64,000 nucleotides of DNA from Tubulanus polymorphus (GCF_964204645.1 NC_134029.1:10194850-10258849); one strand, 5' to 3'. Positions 13,281-26,200 are shown, counted from the stretch's first letter. Program-made: numbers and translations. The notes: generated by a model not told the origin, from the letters alone.

Positions 13281-15278
13281 GCGTGTTAAGGTCGTTTTGG
13301 AAATTTACTCGGTCTGGTATATTTTGGATTACTGTGTATGTCATTTGTCAGGACATTAAACAGACGAGGACTTAGGATACTACCTTGCGTGACGCCACTA
13401 GTTAGACGGACTTATTCCAAGATGAGGCGTTCCATTGATTTCGGCTACAAGTTTTCGTTCAGAGATAACTTCTGAGCCATTTGAATGACCTATCATTGAT
13501 ACTGTTTCCTAATTAATAGCTTGTTTAGTAATGGCTGATGTTGTGCCTTATCAAATGCTTTGTCGAAATCCACCGCTGAACAGGATTCTAAGACTGTGCA
13601 GAAAACCCGTTATTGCTGCTTTGCAGCTATATTTGAAATTAGAATATAGAAGTTCTTTTTGTTAAAAAACCATACAAAGCTGTCGGGCAGCAAATCTGCC
13701 GCTAAACATGTTTTAGAATGGACCTCTATGCAGTGCTGGGACGCTAGATTTTGGCTGAAGATATGCTCGCCTTCCTAAACTCCAGATCTGCCCCCCGAAT
13801 GGCTTTAACAACAACTTCGAAACACCATTTATGACTAGCACGTAGGCTGTAATTCTAATCTATTTCCCCCATACCCACACACTCCCACACCGTGTTACCA
13901 CTCAAACAAAATACACGTATACGTACGCAGTTACATGAGCCTATCCCATTATAGAATTAAATCAATAACAACTAAGAGCGCGCAGAAAAATTATACACCA
14001 TCTCAAAATGTTTAAAGGCCCCTCCCCACTCAAATATGAACAGCCCCCAGCAAGAATCTGTTGACCATTCAACTATATGAAAATGAAAGTTACATCTTAA
14101 TAATTTAGTCGCGGATTTTAGAATAATGAGCCCAGTTATTTTCCCTGCACGGCATTCAACTTGAATTCCAGGATTATCAGGTTTTCTTTGATCTAACCCC
14201 GTGAGTTGCAAAACGTTTTAATTCTTCGTTTCTCATCATTTTCATCTATTTCCACATAGTTTCTATTTAAATGTCATTCTGGAAACTGAGAACATGCAAG
14301 ACCATGTAACCCTGTCTTTACAAGCCCGGATGCCCACTCAGTGAAATGCTTGTTGATGGAAATTTCAATATTAAACAGTATCAAAACCGACCTTGAAACT
14401 AGAACATGATCACATTCTTATGATTCATTTTCATAGAAACTACACGATTAAGAACCTCTTGCGAAATATACGCAGAAGCTCGAAAAGAATTTTTATGTAA
14501 TAATTCAGGCTAACTAAACAACACCAAATAGGCGAATAGGCTTTATCTGATAACAACAGCTTCTCAATTTTTCACCAACTCAACTGTTAGAACTATTCAT
14601 TTGACGATGACATTTTTGGCTGACCAGTAGCCTGAGCCTTTTCTTCAGCATCAGTTGTTATCAATGCAAACACATTAAATTACTCATATGTAAGAATTTT
14701 TGATTAGTCAATTAGTTTGACCGCCATGAAGAATTCTACTTAAATAACGAACAGTAGCATTACGCAAGAAAAAATGTTTTTCTTTATATTTTTCAGATTC
14801 ATACTAGCAGAGGAGTTATAACTAGTTAATTTGATGTGCCATTTGTGTTCGAGTCATTGATGTGCCATTTCTATAATGCACCGAGGGCCCTAGGGGATCA
14901 AATATAGGTACCCAGATTTTTTGAACGAGGTCTTCACTCCCAAGAGATAGGTTAGTGGTTGCAATGCATTTTGTAGCCTTTGACTAGGTGCTTGTAATGC
15001 TATATCAGTTGACTGGGAAACTGATGGTAAGCCTATAATGCCACCTACTAAACGTGGAACATTTCGATGAAATCCCTCAATACACATACCTAATATTAAG
15101 CGACAACCAATAACCTACACAATCAGTTCCAATCCTTACCACTGGGGGGGGGGGGGGGGTTTGGCGGTGAAAATCTTCTGACAATAGCCGATTCTGATGC
15201 GCTATATAATTACGTTGCGGATCGATGCACACTGAGTTGCTGAGCTGGGATAAATAATAAAATTTTCTGAGTTCTTGA

Positions 15279-15830
15279 GCTCAGGCTCCAATGCGAACTC
15301 TGAAATTACCATGCATTAGTTCACATTGCATTTTGGGTTGTTGAACCCAAGGCTAATAGCTTAATTTTGTCAAAACAACTTTTTCATTTTCAACTTCGTT
15401 CCTTAAATTATGAGGTCATCTTCAAGGACATAAACAGTTTTTAGTGCCTAGTTCTACTGCTAGGTGGCACACTGGGTCCATTCATTGCACTGCACAACTA
15501 AACCCCCAATACTAACATTGTACCGAAGTTTCATCAAGATCGACTGACTATTAACAAAGTAGCTATATAAGACAGAAGACAGAGACCCGGGCTCAGGCTC
15601 AAAATCTATCTCCGAAATCAATATGCGTTAGTTCGCATTGCATTTTGGTTATGTTGTACCTGGGCAATTTCGTCAAGACATATTTTTGAATTTTGGCTCT
15701 ATACTATTTTTGAGTTTTTGGTGCCTAGCTTTGTCGCTAGGTGGCTTACCAAGCCCATTCTTTGCAATGCACAACTAGACCCCATACTAAACATTGTACC
15801 GAAGTTTCATCAATATCAACCTATTAATGG
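15279..15830. repeat. Diverged tandem dimer with a unit of about 280-310 bp
   Basis: ctcaggctc...gttc(a/g)cattgcattttgg occurs at about 15279 and 15592; atacta(a)acattgtaccgaagtttcatcaa occurs at about 15509 and 15784. Confidence 0.7.
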
Positions 15831-16733
15831 GATTTTAATTAGCATTAAAACCTACCACCTGTTTTGTGCTAGTGTAGCCCATCGGATCAAGCTGTCTGAA
15901 CTCATCAGCATTAAGTACTTTAGACCTTTTTGAATCCTAACTGTAGCTATATTGTATTTTTTTTCTAATTTTCATTAAGTAATAATACTACATTGCAATC
16001 CGAGATGATTATAATATAACGGACACAGTAACATATCAAAATTGATATCAGCCTGGGCAAAAACAAGCACCAGATGGTGCGTCATCAACATCGTCAGAAA
16101 TGCTTGGATCTTTATTCGGGATTGCTGTGGCGTCAGCTGTATCGGTTTTGTGGGGATCAGCTGAACATTATGGAGATAGGAGTATAAATAGAAAGACTGC
16201 TTTGATAGACTAGATAGAAGAGGTGTCAGCCTATATCCGAACTTGTATTATGCTATTCGAGAGCAAAATCTACCAAGTACATTTCGGCTTTAAAAATCTG
16301 GAACAGGTTTGATCAGTAAGTTGGTCGTAAGCCCGCCGCACAAATTGCGGATGAAAGATGTTTAATCGTTGGCAACTTTCGTTGAAATTGCTGTGCAATG
16401 CGATGGCACATTTGACTACATGTTCACGGCCAGATTACTGACCGCCAGTGGCCCCACCAACAGTTGTTGATGACACTTCACCGGAAAAATGCCTTGTTAT
16501 TTTGGTGAAAGACGAATTTCAGACAGATAATCCGTCCACAAAAATTTTTGAAATGGTATTGTTTTAGGGACAGCCTGTACTAGCGATTTCGATGCCCCGA
16601 TTTGAATATTCTCCAAGCCTAAGACGCTGATCCAGGCCGTATTCCATGTATCCGTGAATGCAGTGGTGAGAAAGTACCCATTTTAACTTAAGACTTTTAC
16701 CAAGAGATTTGTGGACTTTTATAGATGCTGAAT

Positions 16734-17067
16734 CAGTGTTTTCAATAAGAAATTAACAAGCCGGGTCCCTTTGAAGAACAGGAGGGTACCATAATATGTC
16801 ACAGTCCCTGAAACAAAAGCTGGTTTCTTGAAAAAACAGGCGGGTCCTTTACAAACAACAGACGGGTCTGAGACCTGGCTTTAATTGGTAACACTGAATG
16901 TTATGTTCAGTGTTTTCAATAATAGCCAGGTCCCAGACCTGTCTGTTGTTTGTAAAGGACTCGCCTGCTTTTTCAAACCAGCTTTTGTTTCCCGGACTGT
17001 GACATATTATGGGACCTTCCTGTTTTTCAAAGGGACCTGGCTTGTTAATTTCTTATTGAAAACACTG
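16734..17067. mobile_element. Inverted pair of about 160-bp MITEs with CAGTGTT...AACACTG ends, forming a long foldback
   Basis: Copy 1 (16734-16896) and copy 2 (16908-17067) are near reverse complements of each other. Confidence 0.8.
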
Positions 17068-17617
17068 ATGTTTGGATAGGGGTTTGATCACCATCTGATT
17101 GTTAGAAAACTCACAATCAATGTGGACCTCATACACACCTCAGGAGATGAGCTTTTGAAATTTGGATTTTCCGCTTTCCTTGTAGAAATGGCTATACATA
17201 ATGTTCAAGTGTATCAAGTTTTGTCGAAATCGGTCGAGATCTTGTTAGTTATTGTTTAGGAGCGTCACCTAGGGGTCAACATACGTATTGGACATCATGT
17301 ACCAAGTTAACCCGATAGACCCCAGAACATCCGCCGACCTTCGACTTGTATCTCGGCAAAAAAACCACTGTACGATACTGCCACCTATAGTTTGAGGTGG
17401 TCAAAGGTCAAACTTTTGACCAATGATTGTCCAAATCTATACAGGAATAGAAAGCCTGTATAATTATCTTCAAAATAACTAATGGTTGAAATGAATCATG
17501 TTCAATAGTTTTCACACTGCATCTACTTAATCTTTATATGCAATCCAATGGGCTTACGTATTAAGTTGCGGCGTCTAATGGGTTAATTCAAAATAGCTTT
17601 CGAGGATAACATAGTCC

Positions 17618-17763
17618 CCTGAGCCCGGTTTCACGAAAAAGCGTAGGCCTAACTCAAATTTATGGGGTAATTGCCATTGGTTACTTCATGTTTTCAATAT
17701 ATATAAGGACAACAATTCAAACTTAACTTCAAGCTTAAACTTTTTCGTGAAACCGAACCCTGG
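17618..17763. mobile_element. Short MITE
   Basis: Inverted ends cggtttcacgaaaaag / ctttttcgtgaaaccg. Confidence 0.6.
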
Positions 17764-19221
17764 TGCCGGTTGTATGAATTTATTAATGCCAAATGCTATG
17801 TTGCACGTGTTTGTACCTAAATACTTTAATTTGTGATTTGAACGATAACGACTATTGAACAACAATCAAAAGACCGATGCTGAAATGAGTTTTTGAAGAT
17901 TTACACAGCCTAACGGTGAGAGTAGAAACTAATTGTCTAGGGCATTGGTTGCCTTTCAGTATCAGGGATATGTGTATCAACTTTTATTTAAATTCAACAT
18001 GTAGACATAATACATGAAAACACGTTTTCCACAGTTTGTAGGGAGTGCTATTAGAGAACCATGAGTTTCCCAGTTATGATACATAACAATATAAATAATA
18101 ATTGAAACGCATCTAGTCAAGTAGAGAATCAATCAGTCAAAACGTTAGTAAATCATAAAACCAGGTAGCTGACGAACTGTGAACTAGAAAGAACTTACAA
18201 GCTTTCAGATGGCAAGACTAGGTCGACTGATGTTATACAGGCATCTGTTACAAGTATTCCCTTTCTTTTTACTCATGTAGCAGGATTTCCTCGGTGCCCA
18301 TGTCGTGATGTCGGTTGACCTAATGATGGCGTCTGAACACCTGTTACATTTTTCCTATACGCTCACAGTTCATCATCTCAAAGTCTAAAAGATGTTTTAC
18401 GAATTGAGTGTGTCACATAGGCCTAATTGCATATAACATGTGAGCGTCGCGTATAAATAAAAGTTTCAATTTTACTTCGAAAAACGAAGTCAATATTTCC
18501 TGTAGTCATCGTCCGACATATAAGAAGCAAGACGTTTTTTCTATGGTTTATTGCAAAATAACCACTCTGAACGCAGATGCATTATCAATAATCCAAGGCA
18601 CTGTAACCCAAGCGCAAAGGTTGCCCCGGGTTCAAATAGGCTAGGCCTACTGCTCGGTCGGCTCCATAGAATTCTCTCTACTAGTCTTAATAAGCCAATC
18701 AGGACGAGTTATTGACTGTATGAATCGCAAAATATCAGCTACCGTGAAGATACGAATAACAAATTTGGGAGGTGTTAAGAAAACTTGCAATACCACCAAG
18801 AAATGAAGGCCTACGGTATTTTATTCTCTGATAACGTGATATGCTCTCCGAGCGACATTTCGATCAACAATTTCATTCAGTATATCTGCTGCGTATATAA
18901 TGCGTCAGTCTGTTCGGTATGGATTTTGCATGAATTGGCATAAATTCGAATTGTTTTCATTCATCAGCTATTATTTACCTAGAATACGCTCGTGTAATAC
19001 TGAAAAACAGCCGCCGCGGTCCATTATGTGGTGCCACCTACTGTGTTTTTGAAGCAAATGAATAGGCGATGACATTATAGCAACAACGTCTCCGGAGCAG
19101 TTTTTCTGCATTACGTAAGCTTGTAGTAGCTATCTTGACCTTGAACTTGAAGATTAGATGTTTAAGGCCCTGATGCGTCTGTTCATCATTCCGAATTTTG
19201 TAGCTTCATTAATTTTAGGCT

Positions 19222-19659
19222 GTGGTTATTTAGCCGGATCCGGTCACCGACTTACTGAAGGATATTTTGCCGGATATCGTCTCTAATTGGCTGATTTACT
19301 CCGCGCATGCGCAGAGAGGTGCGCGACTTAGAAAATTCGAAGGAAGTGTGGAGAACAGCGTTAGAGAAAATAGAGCGGATAGAGCGAAACTCGAACCCGG
19401 GCCAGCAAATTACTAGCGCAGCGTCTTCTTCCCACTTGACCACCGAGCTCGCTGAAAACCACCAGAATGTTTTAACTACATATAGCCTCACCTTACCCCT
19501 AACCCTATCCCTAGTTGTGAAACGGTTCCCTCTGGACCCTCTTCTAACCCTCTTGACACTAACCCTAACCCTAATAAAATGATTTTATTGTTATATATGG
19601 CTCCGGCAAAATATGTTTTTTAAGTCCATACCGGTAACCGGATCCAGCCAAATCACCAC
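19222..19659. mobile_element. TIR-bounded non-autonomous element containing a tRNA-like segment and telomere-like (taaccc) repeats
   Basis: Outer inverted repeats gtggttatttagccggatccggtcaccg / cggtaaccggatccagccaaatcaccac; inner inverted repeats atattttgccgga / tccggcaaaatat. Confidence 0.7.
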
Positions 19660-21605
19660 TTCCTTAATTTCATGCGGCATGTGTTTATGGCAAAGACTTT
19701 AAATAGCCATAAGTTTAGGAGAAGTTTATCGCTGATTAATGAAAACAAAAAATCTTTTCTGGGCTGAACACATTGATAAAGTACAGGTAGATCAAACTGA
19801 TTCCTTAATAAATGAAATTACGTACGGACCGAAAGTGGCATGGGTCGAGAGCACATACATGTGTGTGATCGACAGACAGTACGCAGGTACGCCCAGCCCG
19901 GCCCATGTCGTCTGCGTGACATAAACCCGAATCAGAAATGAGCTGTGGCCGAGGCTACGTAGCAGTAGCAAAATGAGTGCGTGGGCAGGGGTGGGGAGCA
20001 ATTGGACATTGATTAGGCCTCGGTGAAAATGGTGTCTATTTAGAAATCAGAGATCGTGTTTTTAATTAGAAACGATGTGGTACACTCACCATCCAAAGAG
20101 CTGAATCAATTACATCAGAGTAGTATCCGTTCATCGAAGCTTTAATTATCAATATATATATAAACTCCTCCGCTGGGTCCTATGGTCTCGGCTAGATGGG
20201 CCGAAAACGGCAATTCTCTTTACGTTTCGACAATTATTAACTGTGTACTGGCCATACTCAGCTACAAACCGTAACGTGACACTGTAAACTACCTCCCGCC
20301 ACGTTTCCGGTAGCATCGAGTCCATTAGGTTTAAATAGGGTATTCAGGTTGTAATGGATTCGCCAAATAGCGGTTAGGTTCGAATCCTAACTTATTTCAG
20401 CGGAATAAGTAAAAGTCCACTGTTCGTGGTTTAAACGTGATTGTCTGACAGTTTCCGGGTTTATCTTAACTTCATCATCAGAGAAATGAAAGTCACAACA
20501 GTTGTCAGTTAAGATTTTTACTCAAGGCAACGCAGGCGACTGTGCGCCGGAACGGGCCCTGGGACCTTATTCACTAACGTTACGCAAGGTTGCGTGATTT
20601 GCGTTGCGAGACCATTTGCGATGAAAATCAGTTTGCGTTGCGTGGTATTCACTTAACTCCTCAGAAAAGTGATTCGCAATTTTTCATGCAACGGGAACCA
20701 GTCCAATTGTAAAACCGCTGCAGATTGATTGTGGATTGCAGATATTGCGTCAATATATTATTTTACCGCCTCCATAGCTGGATTCTTGAGGCATGACCCC
20801 ATTGAAAATAATTAGTATTTGATTGGATTTATCATCATCAATCATCATATCTAAATTAACATAGCATCTTAAATATTCATTATCCATGATGGGGCCGGAA
20901 TAGACACGTGTACCTTTCCTTATGATCGCCGGATTTCATGAGTTTTAGAATTCGAAAATACATAAATATTTATTAAAATTCTTTTCTTGATAAAATAATT
21001 TTGTAACGATGAAGTCTGCCCCCACCATAGGGCAAATGTATTGGTGAATGAGTCGTAACTAACATATATATCTATATAAAATAACTAATTGACTATTTTA
21101 GATAATTATTCTATATATACTATAGACATTGGATTAACAGATTATCTTTTTTACATTAATCTACAATGTCTGATACGAACCCATGTGATCAGTGCAGGAT
21201 CGTTCAACTGCGTGGTGGATAGAAAATATGTTTCTTTTCGACTTTCTATCTGCCAGAGCAGCTCGTTTAACTGTTGTGATGGATAGAGAAATTAGGTTTC
21301 TTTGCGATTATTTAACCGTTCAGAGCAGGATCTATAATGCAGCGCTTTCTTATAACGTTGATCGGTTGGTTTTCGTTCAATAAACATATTCCAATTATTT
21401 CAAAAGTATTTTTGTGTGTATTATTAACTGGCAAATGAATCTCATTTCTTTCCTTTTCAATTATTCTATTCTTTAATTATTATATTACTTCATGTTTTGG
21501 AAATTGTTTCCGGGTTGTCGAGAACAGGATGTTTATGTAAATATGTCAGTAACCATATAGTGTTCACTCCCCCTTAGCCTATGTAGCGAATCATCATATA
21601 TATTA

Positions 21606-21797
21606 TGTGATGGAATATGTCCATCAGTCGTTTTCTATGTTGTAACTGGAGGGTGCTGCCCTCTCTCTCGAAAATACAGAACAATAGGTGATTGTGTTAA
21701 TATCTTTTGTCCGCCTTTTTACTGGTTTTTGGGCTCTCAGAGTCGATATTTGGAGGAAACTTCTACTGTGGAACAGGCAGAATAGGACCTCGTTACA
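21606..21797 (+). repeat. 5' LTR
   Basis: tgtgatgg...cgttaca; identical by eye to 29319-29510. Confidence 0.97.
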
Positions 21798-21799
21798 TC

Positions 21800-21820
21800 T
21801 GGTGGCAGCGTAGTGGGATT
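21800..21820 (+). promoter_or_regulatory. Primer-binding site, tRNA-Leu-like
   Basis: TGGTGGCAGCGtaGTGGGATT, 2 nt after the LTR, resembles the complement of a tRNA-Leu 3' end. Confidence 0.75.
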
Positions 21821-22039
21821 TGATTGTGAAAAAACCAGTTGAAATTGAGTTGAAGCGGTGAACACGTTTTTCTCCGTTTAGTCTGTGTAAATTACTGTTA
21901 CTTTTTGTGTGTACTTAACGTATTTTTTTACCTACTTCGTAAACCCTAGTACATATTTAGTATTTTTAAGTGCCTGTTTCCCCTACATTTATTTGCGGTC
22001 CTGTATTTTCTGTGTCATTTATATAAAAGAATAGTAATT

Positions 22040-23158
22040 ATGTCGGATGTTGAGAATGATGTGTGTGAGCCCTTGGCCTTATCTAGGCCTATGTCACCAA
22101 CGGCCGGAGCTGCACATCATGACCTCCTGGTTAGTGGGGAGGGTAACCTCTCGTTAAAACCAAAACGTGGCCGTCCAACGAAGACAAAAGCCGAAAATTT
22201 GAAAACATCTGAGGATTCCATCCTCCAGCGACTGACTGAAGTGATGGAGAGGGTCGTGACGAGAGATGCACCCACCCCGAAAATGCACAATATTCCGGCA
22301 CCCAAGCCCTATACCATGGGACACAATTTCCGCGTTTGGCTCGAAAGGTTTGACGCGTTCGCTGACCTGGCCCAGATTAGTTCCCGCATCAACGGGGGCG
22401 AACAGCGTAAATCACACCTGATGATGCGACTTGACCATGAGGCATACCAGGCTGTCTCGAACCTACGTCTCGACTCGAGCCTGTCGTATGATGATTTCTG
22501 TCGGCGGCTATCATCCCGTTTCCAACAAACAAAGACTGTGGATGACTTTAAGATGTTGTTGAAAGGGAGGGACCAAAAGACAACTGAATCTGTGGAACGC
22601 TATGCCGACGAGTTAGCAGAGCTGGCAAGGAACGCATACCCTGGCATTGCCTTCGAGCTGCAGGATGAATTGGCCAAAGACCAATTCCTTAAAGGTAATA
22701 GCCTACCCGTCTCAGCGAAGCAGTCAATGTATGCGGCCGAGCCAAGTTCGTTGGCTGCAGCAGTCGCTCAAGCACGGACTCTGGAAACAGCGAGACGGTT
22801 GACTGAGGGCACGACTCATAAACAAAAAGTATCCGTTAACCAGACCCAGCTCGACTCGACTAGCTCAGCCATAACCAAACAACTCGACGAATTGAAGTCG
22901 ATGATGGGAACGCTGATGACTCGAGTAGGCCATTTGGAAGCAGTTGTCTCTGGTAATGGCAATCGTCGACCACCCGCCGATGACAAATGTTGGCGTTGCA
23001 GGGATGCAGACCACCCCAAAAACTTGTGCCCACAAGTTAAATGCTATAATTGCGGGGGGAGTGGTCACTATTCAAGTAACTGCCACCTACCTAAGGGAAA
23101 CCAGGGAAACGAGAAGCGGGGTTTTCAGGGGGGCAGTGGAAACCCCATCAGGAAATAG
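22040..23158 (+). CDS. gag: Gag (capsid region, two CCHC zinc knuckles, N-terminal AT-hook-like motif)
   Basis: CWRCRDADHPKNLC and CYNCGGSGHYSSNC knuckles; QKTTESVERY major-homology-like region; KPKRGRPTK. Confidence 0.93.
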   Translation: MSDVENDVCEPLALSRPMSPTAGAAHHDLLVSGEGNLSLKPKRGRPTKTKAENLKTSEDSILQRLTEVMERVVTRDAPTPKMHNIPAPKPYTMGHNFRVWLERFDAFADLAQISSRINGGEQRKSHLMMRLDHEAYQAVSNLRLDSSLSYDDFCRRLSSRFQQTKTVDDFKMLLKGRDQKTTESVERYADELAELARNAYPGIAFELQDELAKDQFLKGNSLPVSAKQSMYAAEPSSLAAAVAQARTLETARRLTEGTTHKQKVSVNQTQLDSTSSAITKQLDELKSMMGTLMTRVGHLEAVVSGNGNRRPPADDKCWRCRDADHPKNLCPQVKCYNCGGSGHYSSNCHLPKGNQGNEKRGFQGGSGNPIRK

Positions 23159-23166
23159 TCCCCCCT
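23095..23166 (+). promoter_or_regulatory. -1 programmed ribosomal frameshift signal (G GGA AAC twice, plus predicted H-type pseudoknot)
   Basis: Heptamers at 23095-23101 and 23104-23110 are in the gag frame. Stem 1 pairs 23118-23126 with 23138-23146; stem 2 pairs 23127-23133 with 23160-23166. The -1 frame is open into pol. Confidence 0.85.
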
Positions 23167-23208
23167 GTACCGCTGTATATACCCCCCGCAAGACGTAGGA
23201 AAAATCGG

Positions 23209-26200
23209 ATGAATACGGCAAATGGTCTAACGTGCGATGCAAGTAGAGATGCACCTATTGATGGTTACCATCATACTAGCCCCACCACCGTGAGACCATC
23301 AAACCATATTCAAACGACACCTCAAGATGGATATGTGGTTGCTGGCCCGGCATGTGATTCTAGTGGAGATACACCTACTGATGGTCTGCATCCTACTAGA
23401 ACCATCACTGTTAGACCACCACAACATACCCAAAGTATAGAAGAAAATCGACGTGACCCTTCGGAGAACAGTGAGGCTCCCAGTCCGGCTACGGAAAACA
23501 CTTGTCACAAGTTGCGCGACACCAAGGTTCAAACAACAGGGACAGAACCAGCCCAGACGAGCTTAGTTACAAACATCGGAACAGTGAGGCTCCACGCCTC
23601 GGGCCTTTTCTGTGATGCCGTAGTAAATGACCATTCGAAAGCGGTGGTACTCCTGGACACTGGTGCCTCCTGCACAATCATTAGAGGTTCGGTATGGGAC
23701 TCTAGCAGCCCGACTGGTGAAGCCGCTGCACTGAGGCCAATCGAAGGAATCGTGACAACGGCTACCGGTCAGCCAATGGAGTTACGTGGATTAGCTGATG
23801 TATGTCTGAAAGTTGGAACTGAAGAATTTCATGTCCCCATGATCGTCAGTGAGGATTTGGCACAAGACTGCTTGCTTGGAAGTGATTTCTTCGAGAAATA
23901 TGGCTGCAACATAGATTACCGTAACAAAGTGCTCCGCTTCGGAAGCCTCAGCGAGGTGCCTGTCCGCCAGAGCCCCAAACGCGCGAGCGCTTGCAGGGTG
24001 TTTATCAGTAAGAGCCAAATCATTCCAGCTGGATCCGAGGTGGTGGTAAATGGATACATGAAACGGAGTTATGCTCATAATAATTCGACCTCAGGGATGA
24101 TCAGCAGCTGTGGACGGAATAATTTTTGCACTGGGAAAACACTGGTGGTACCGGAGGCAAACCAGATACCGGTTCGGCTGGCTAACTTCTCGGATGAGGC
24201 TTGTAGAGTCGACAGGGGCCAGACTATTGGTCTATTCTGCCCCCTACAGTCAGTTGACATCATGACTGTCGACGACCATGCTCAAAACCCGTCAACTCCA
24301 AAAATCCAGCTGCAGGGTGATGACAATACTGAATTCAAGGACCTCTTGAGAGAATTGAAAATCGACCAGCTTGAAATCCCCACTGACATGAAAACACAGC
24401 TTGTTGACATCATACGGGAGCTAAAGTCAGTATTCTCGATGGGAGACTTTGACATTGGTCGAACAGATTCGCTTGAATTCGAGATTGACACCGGTGACCA
24501 CCCACCGATAAAACAACATCCCCGTCGGCTACCCCCCGGTAGGAGAGCTTTTGTTGAGGGGACGACCAAGGAGCTTTTAGAACACGACTTGATCCGGCCA
24601 TCCACCAGCCCGTGGTCAAGCCCAATAGTTCTAGCGAAAAAGGCCGACGGTTCCCTGCGTCTATGCTGCGATTACCGCCGACTCAATGACGCAACAGTCA
24701 AAGACGCTCACCCATTAGGTCGAATAGACAGTACCCTAGAGGTTTTATCGGGCGCAACCTGGTTCTCGTCCCTCGATTTAACTAGCGGATACTGGCAGGT
24801 CCCAATAAAGGAATCAGACAAACATAAGACCGCATTCACGACTGAAAACCATCTATTTGAGTGGAATGTCATGCCGTTTGGAGTCTGTAATGCCCCGGCG
24901 TCATTCAGCAGACTGATGGCAATGGTACTGGATGATGTTGCATGGAAAACATGCCTTATCTACCTGGATGATGTAGTAGTGTTTAGTCATGATCTACCAA
25001 CCCATCTGACGCGATTACAAAAGGTATTTCGTTGCTTTCAGAAAGCCGGTCTCAAGCTAAAACCGAGGAAGTGCTCGCTTTTCCAGCGGCGCCTCAAGTT
25101 TTTGGGGCATGTAGTAAGCGAGGCCGGTGTCGAAACCGACGGTGCCAAATGCGATAGAGTCAGGGATTGGCCGACCCCAACGTCAGTTACCGAACTGCGT
25201 AGTTTCGTTGGTCTTGTGACATATTACTCACAATTCATCAAGGATTTCGCCGACTTGACAGCCCCGCTACACCGCCTTACGAGGAAAAATGAACCATTCG
25301 TCTGGACATTCAAGCAACAACTAGCGTTTGACGGACTGAAAGAAAAGCTGACCAGCTCCCCTATCCTGGCATTCCCAGATTTCTCGGAGGGTGCTGGAGA
25401 GTTCATTTTGGACTGTGACGCCTCTAACTGGGCTATCGGAGGGGTGCTGTCACAACTACAACACGATGGTTCTGAGAGAGTGATCGAGTACAGTAGCCGC
25501 ACGCTGAAAGGTGGAGAGGAGAACTATTGTGCCACCAGGCGCGAAATGTTGGCCTTGGTTGACATGATTGATCACTTCCGCCACCATTTACTAGGCAGGA
25601 AATTCAAAGTTCGCACAGACCACGCAGCACTCAAGTGGCTACAAACCTTCAAAAACCCTGAGGGCCAAGTGGCTCGGTGGCTTGAACGCCTGTCGGAATA
25701 TGATTTCGTGATCGAACATCGAGCTGGAAGCAAACATTTGAACGCAGACGCCCTGTCTCGCATCCCTAAGAGACAGAGGAAACATGGGGACTGCCCAACT
25801 TGTGGTGACACTGGTCCATCTATATACCAGGTGACTGCAAAACATCAGGGCGATTTGACAGCGCACTCCACTGGCTTGTCCAGGAACAAAATAATCGAGG
25901 CGCAAGTAAATGACCCCGAAATATCAGAAATTAGGGAGTTCTTGGCCGGAGATGGGGTCAAGGACAAGAAACGGCTACAACGGTGTGGTAGAACAGCGAG
26001 GAGCCTCTATAGTCTGGTTGAGCGTCTAGAGCTTTTAGATGGCATTCTTGCGCTTAAACCACTTCCGGGGGCTACCTCAACGAGACACCGAGTGGTACTA
26101 CCCATTTCACTGACTGATGGAACCATAGGAGTCATACATCAGGGATTTGCCGGGAAACATCTCGGTACCAAAAAGACAGAGTGCAAAATTAGGGAAAGAT

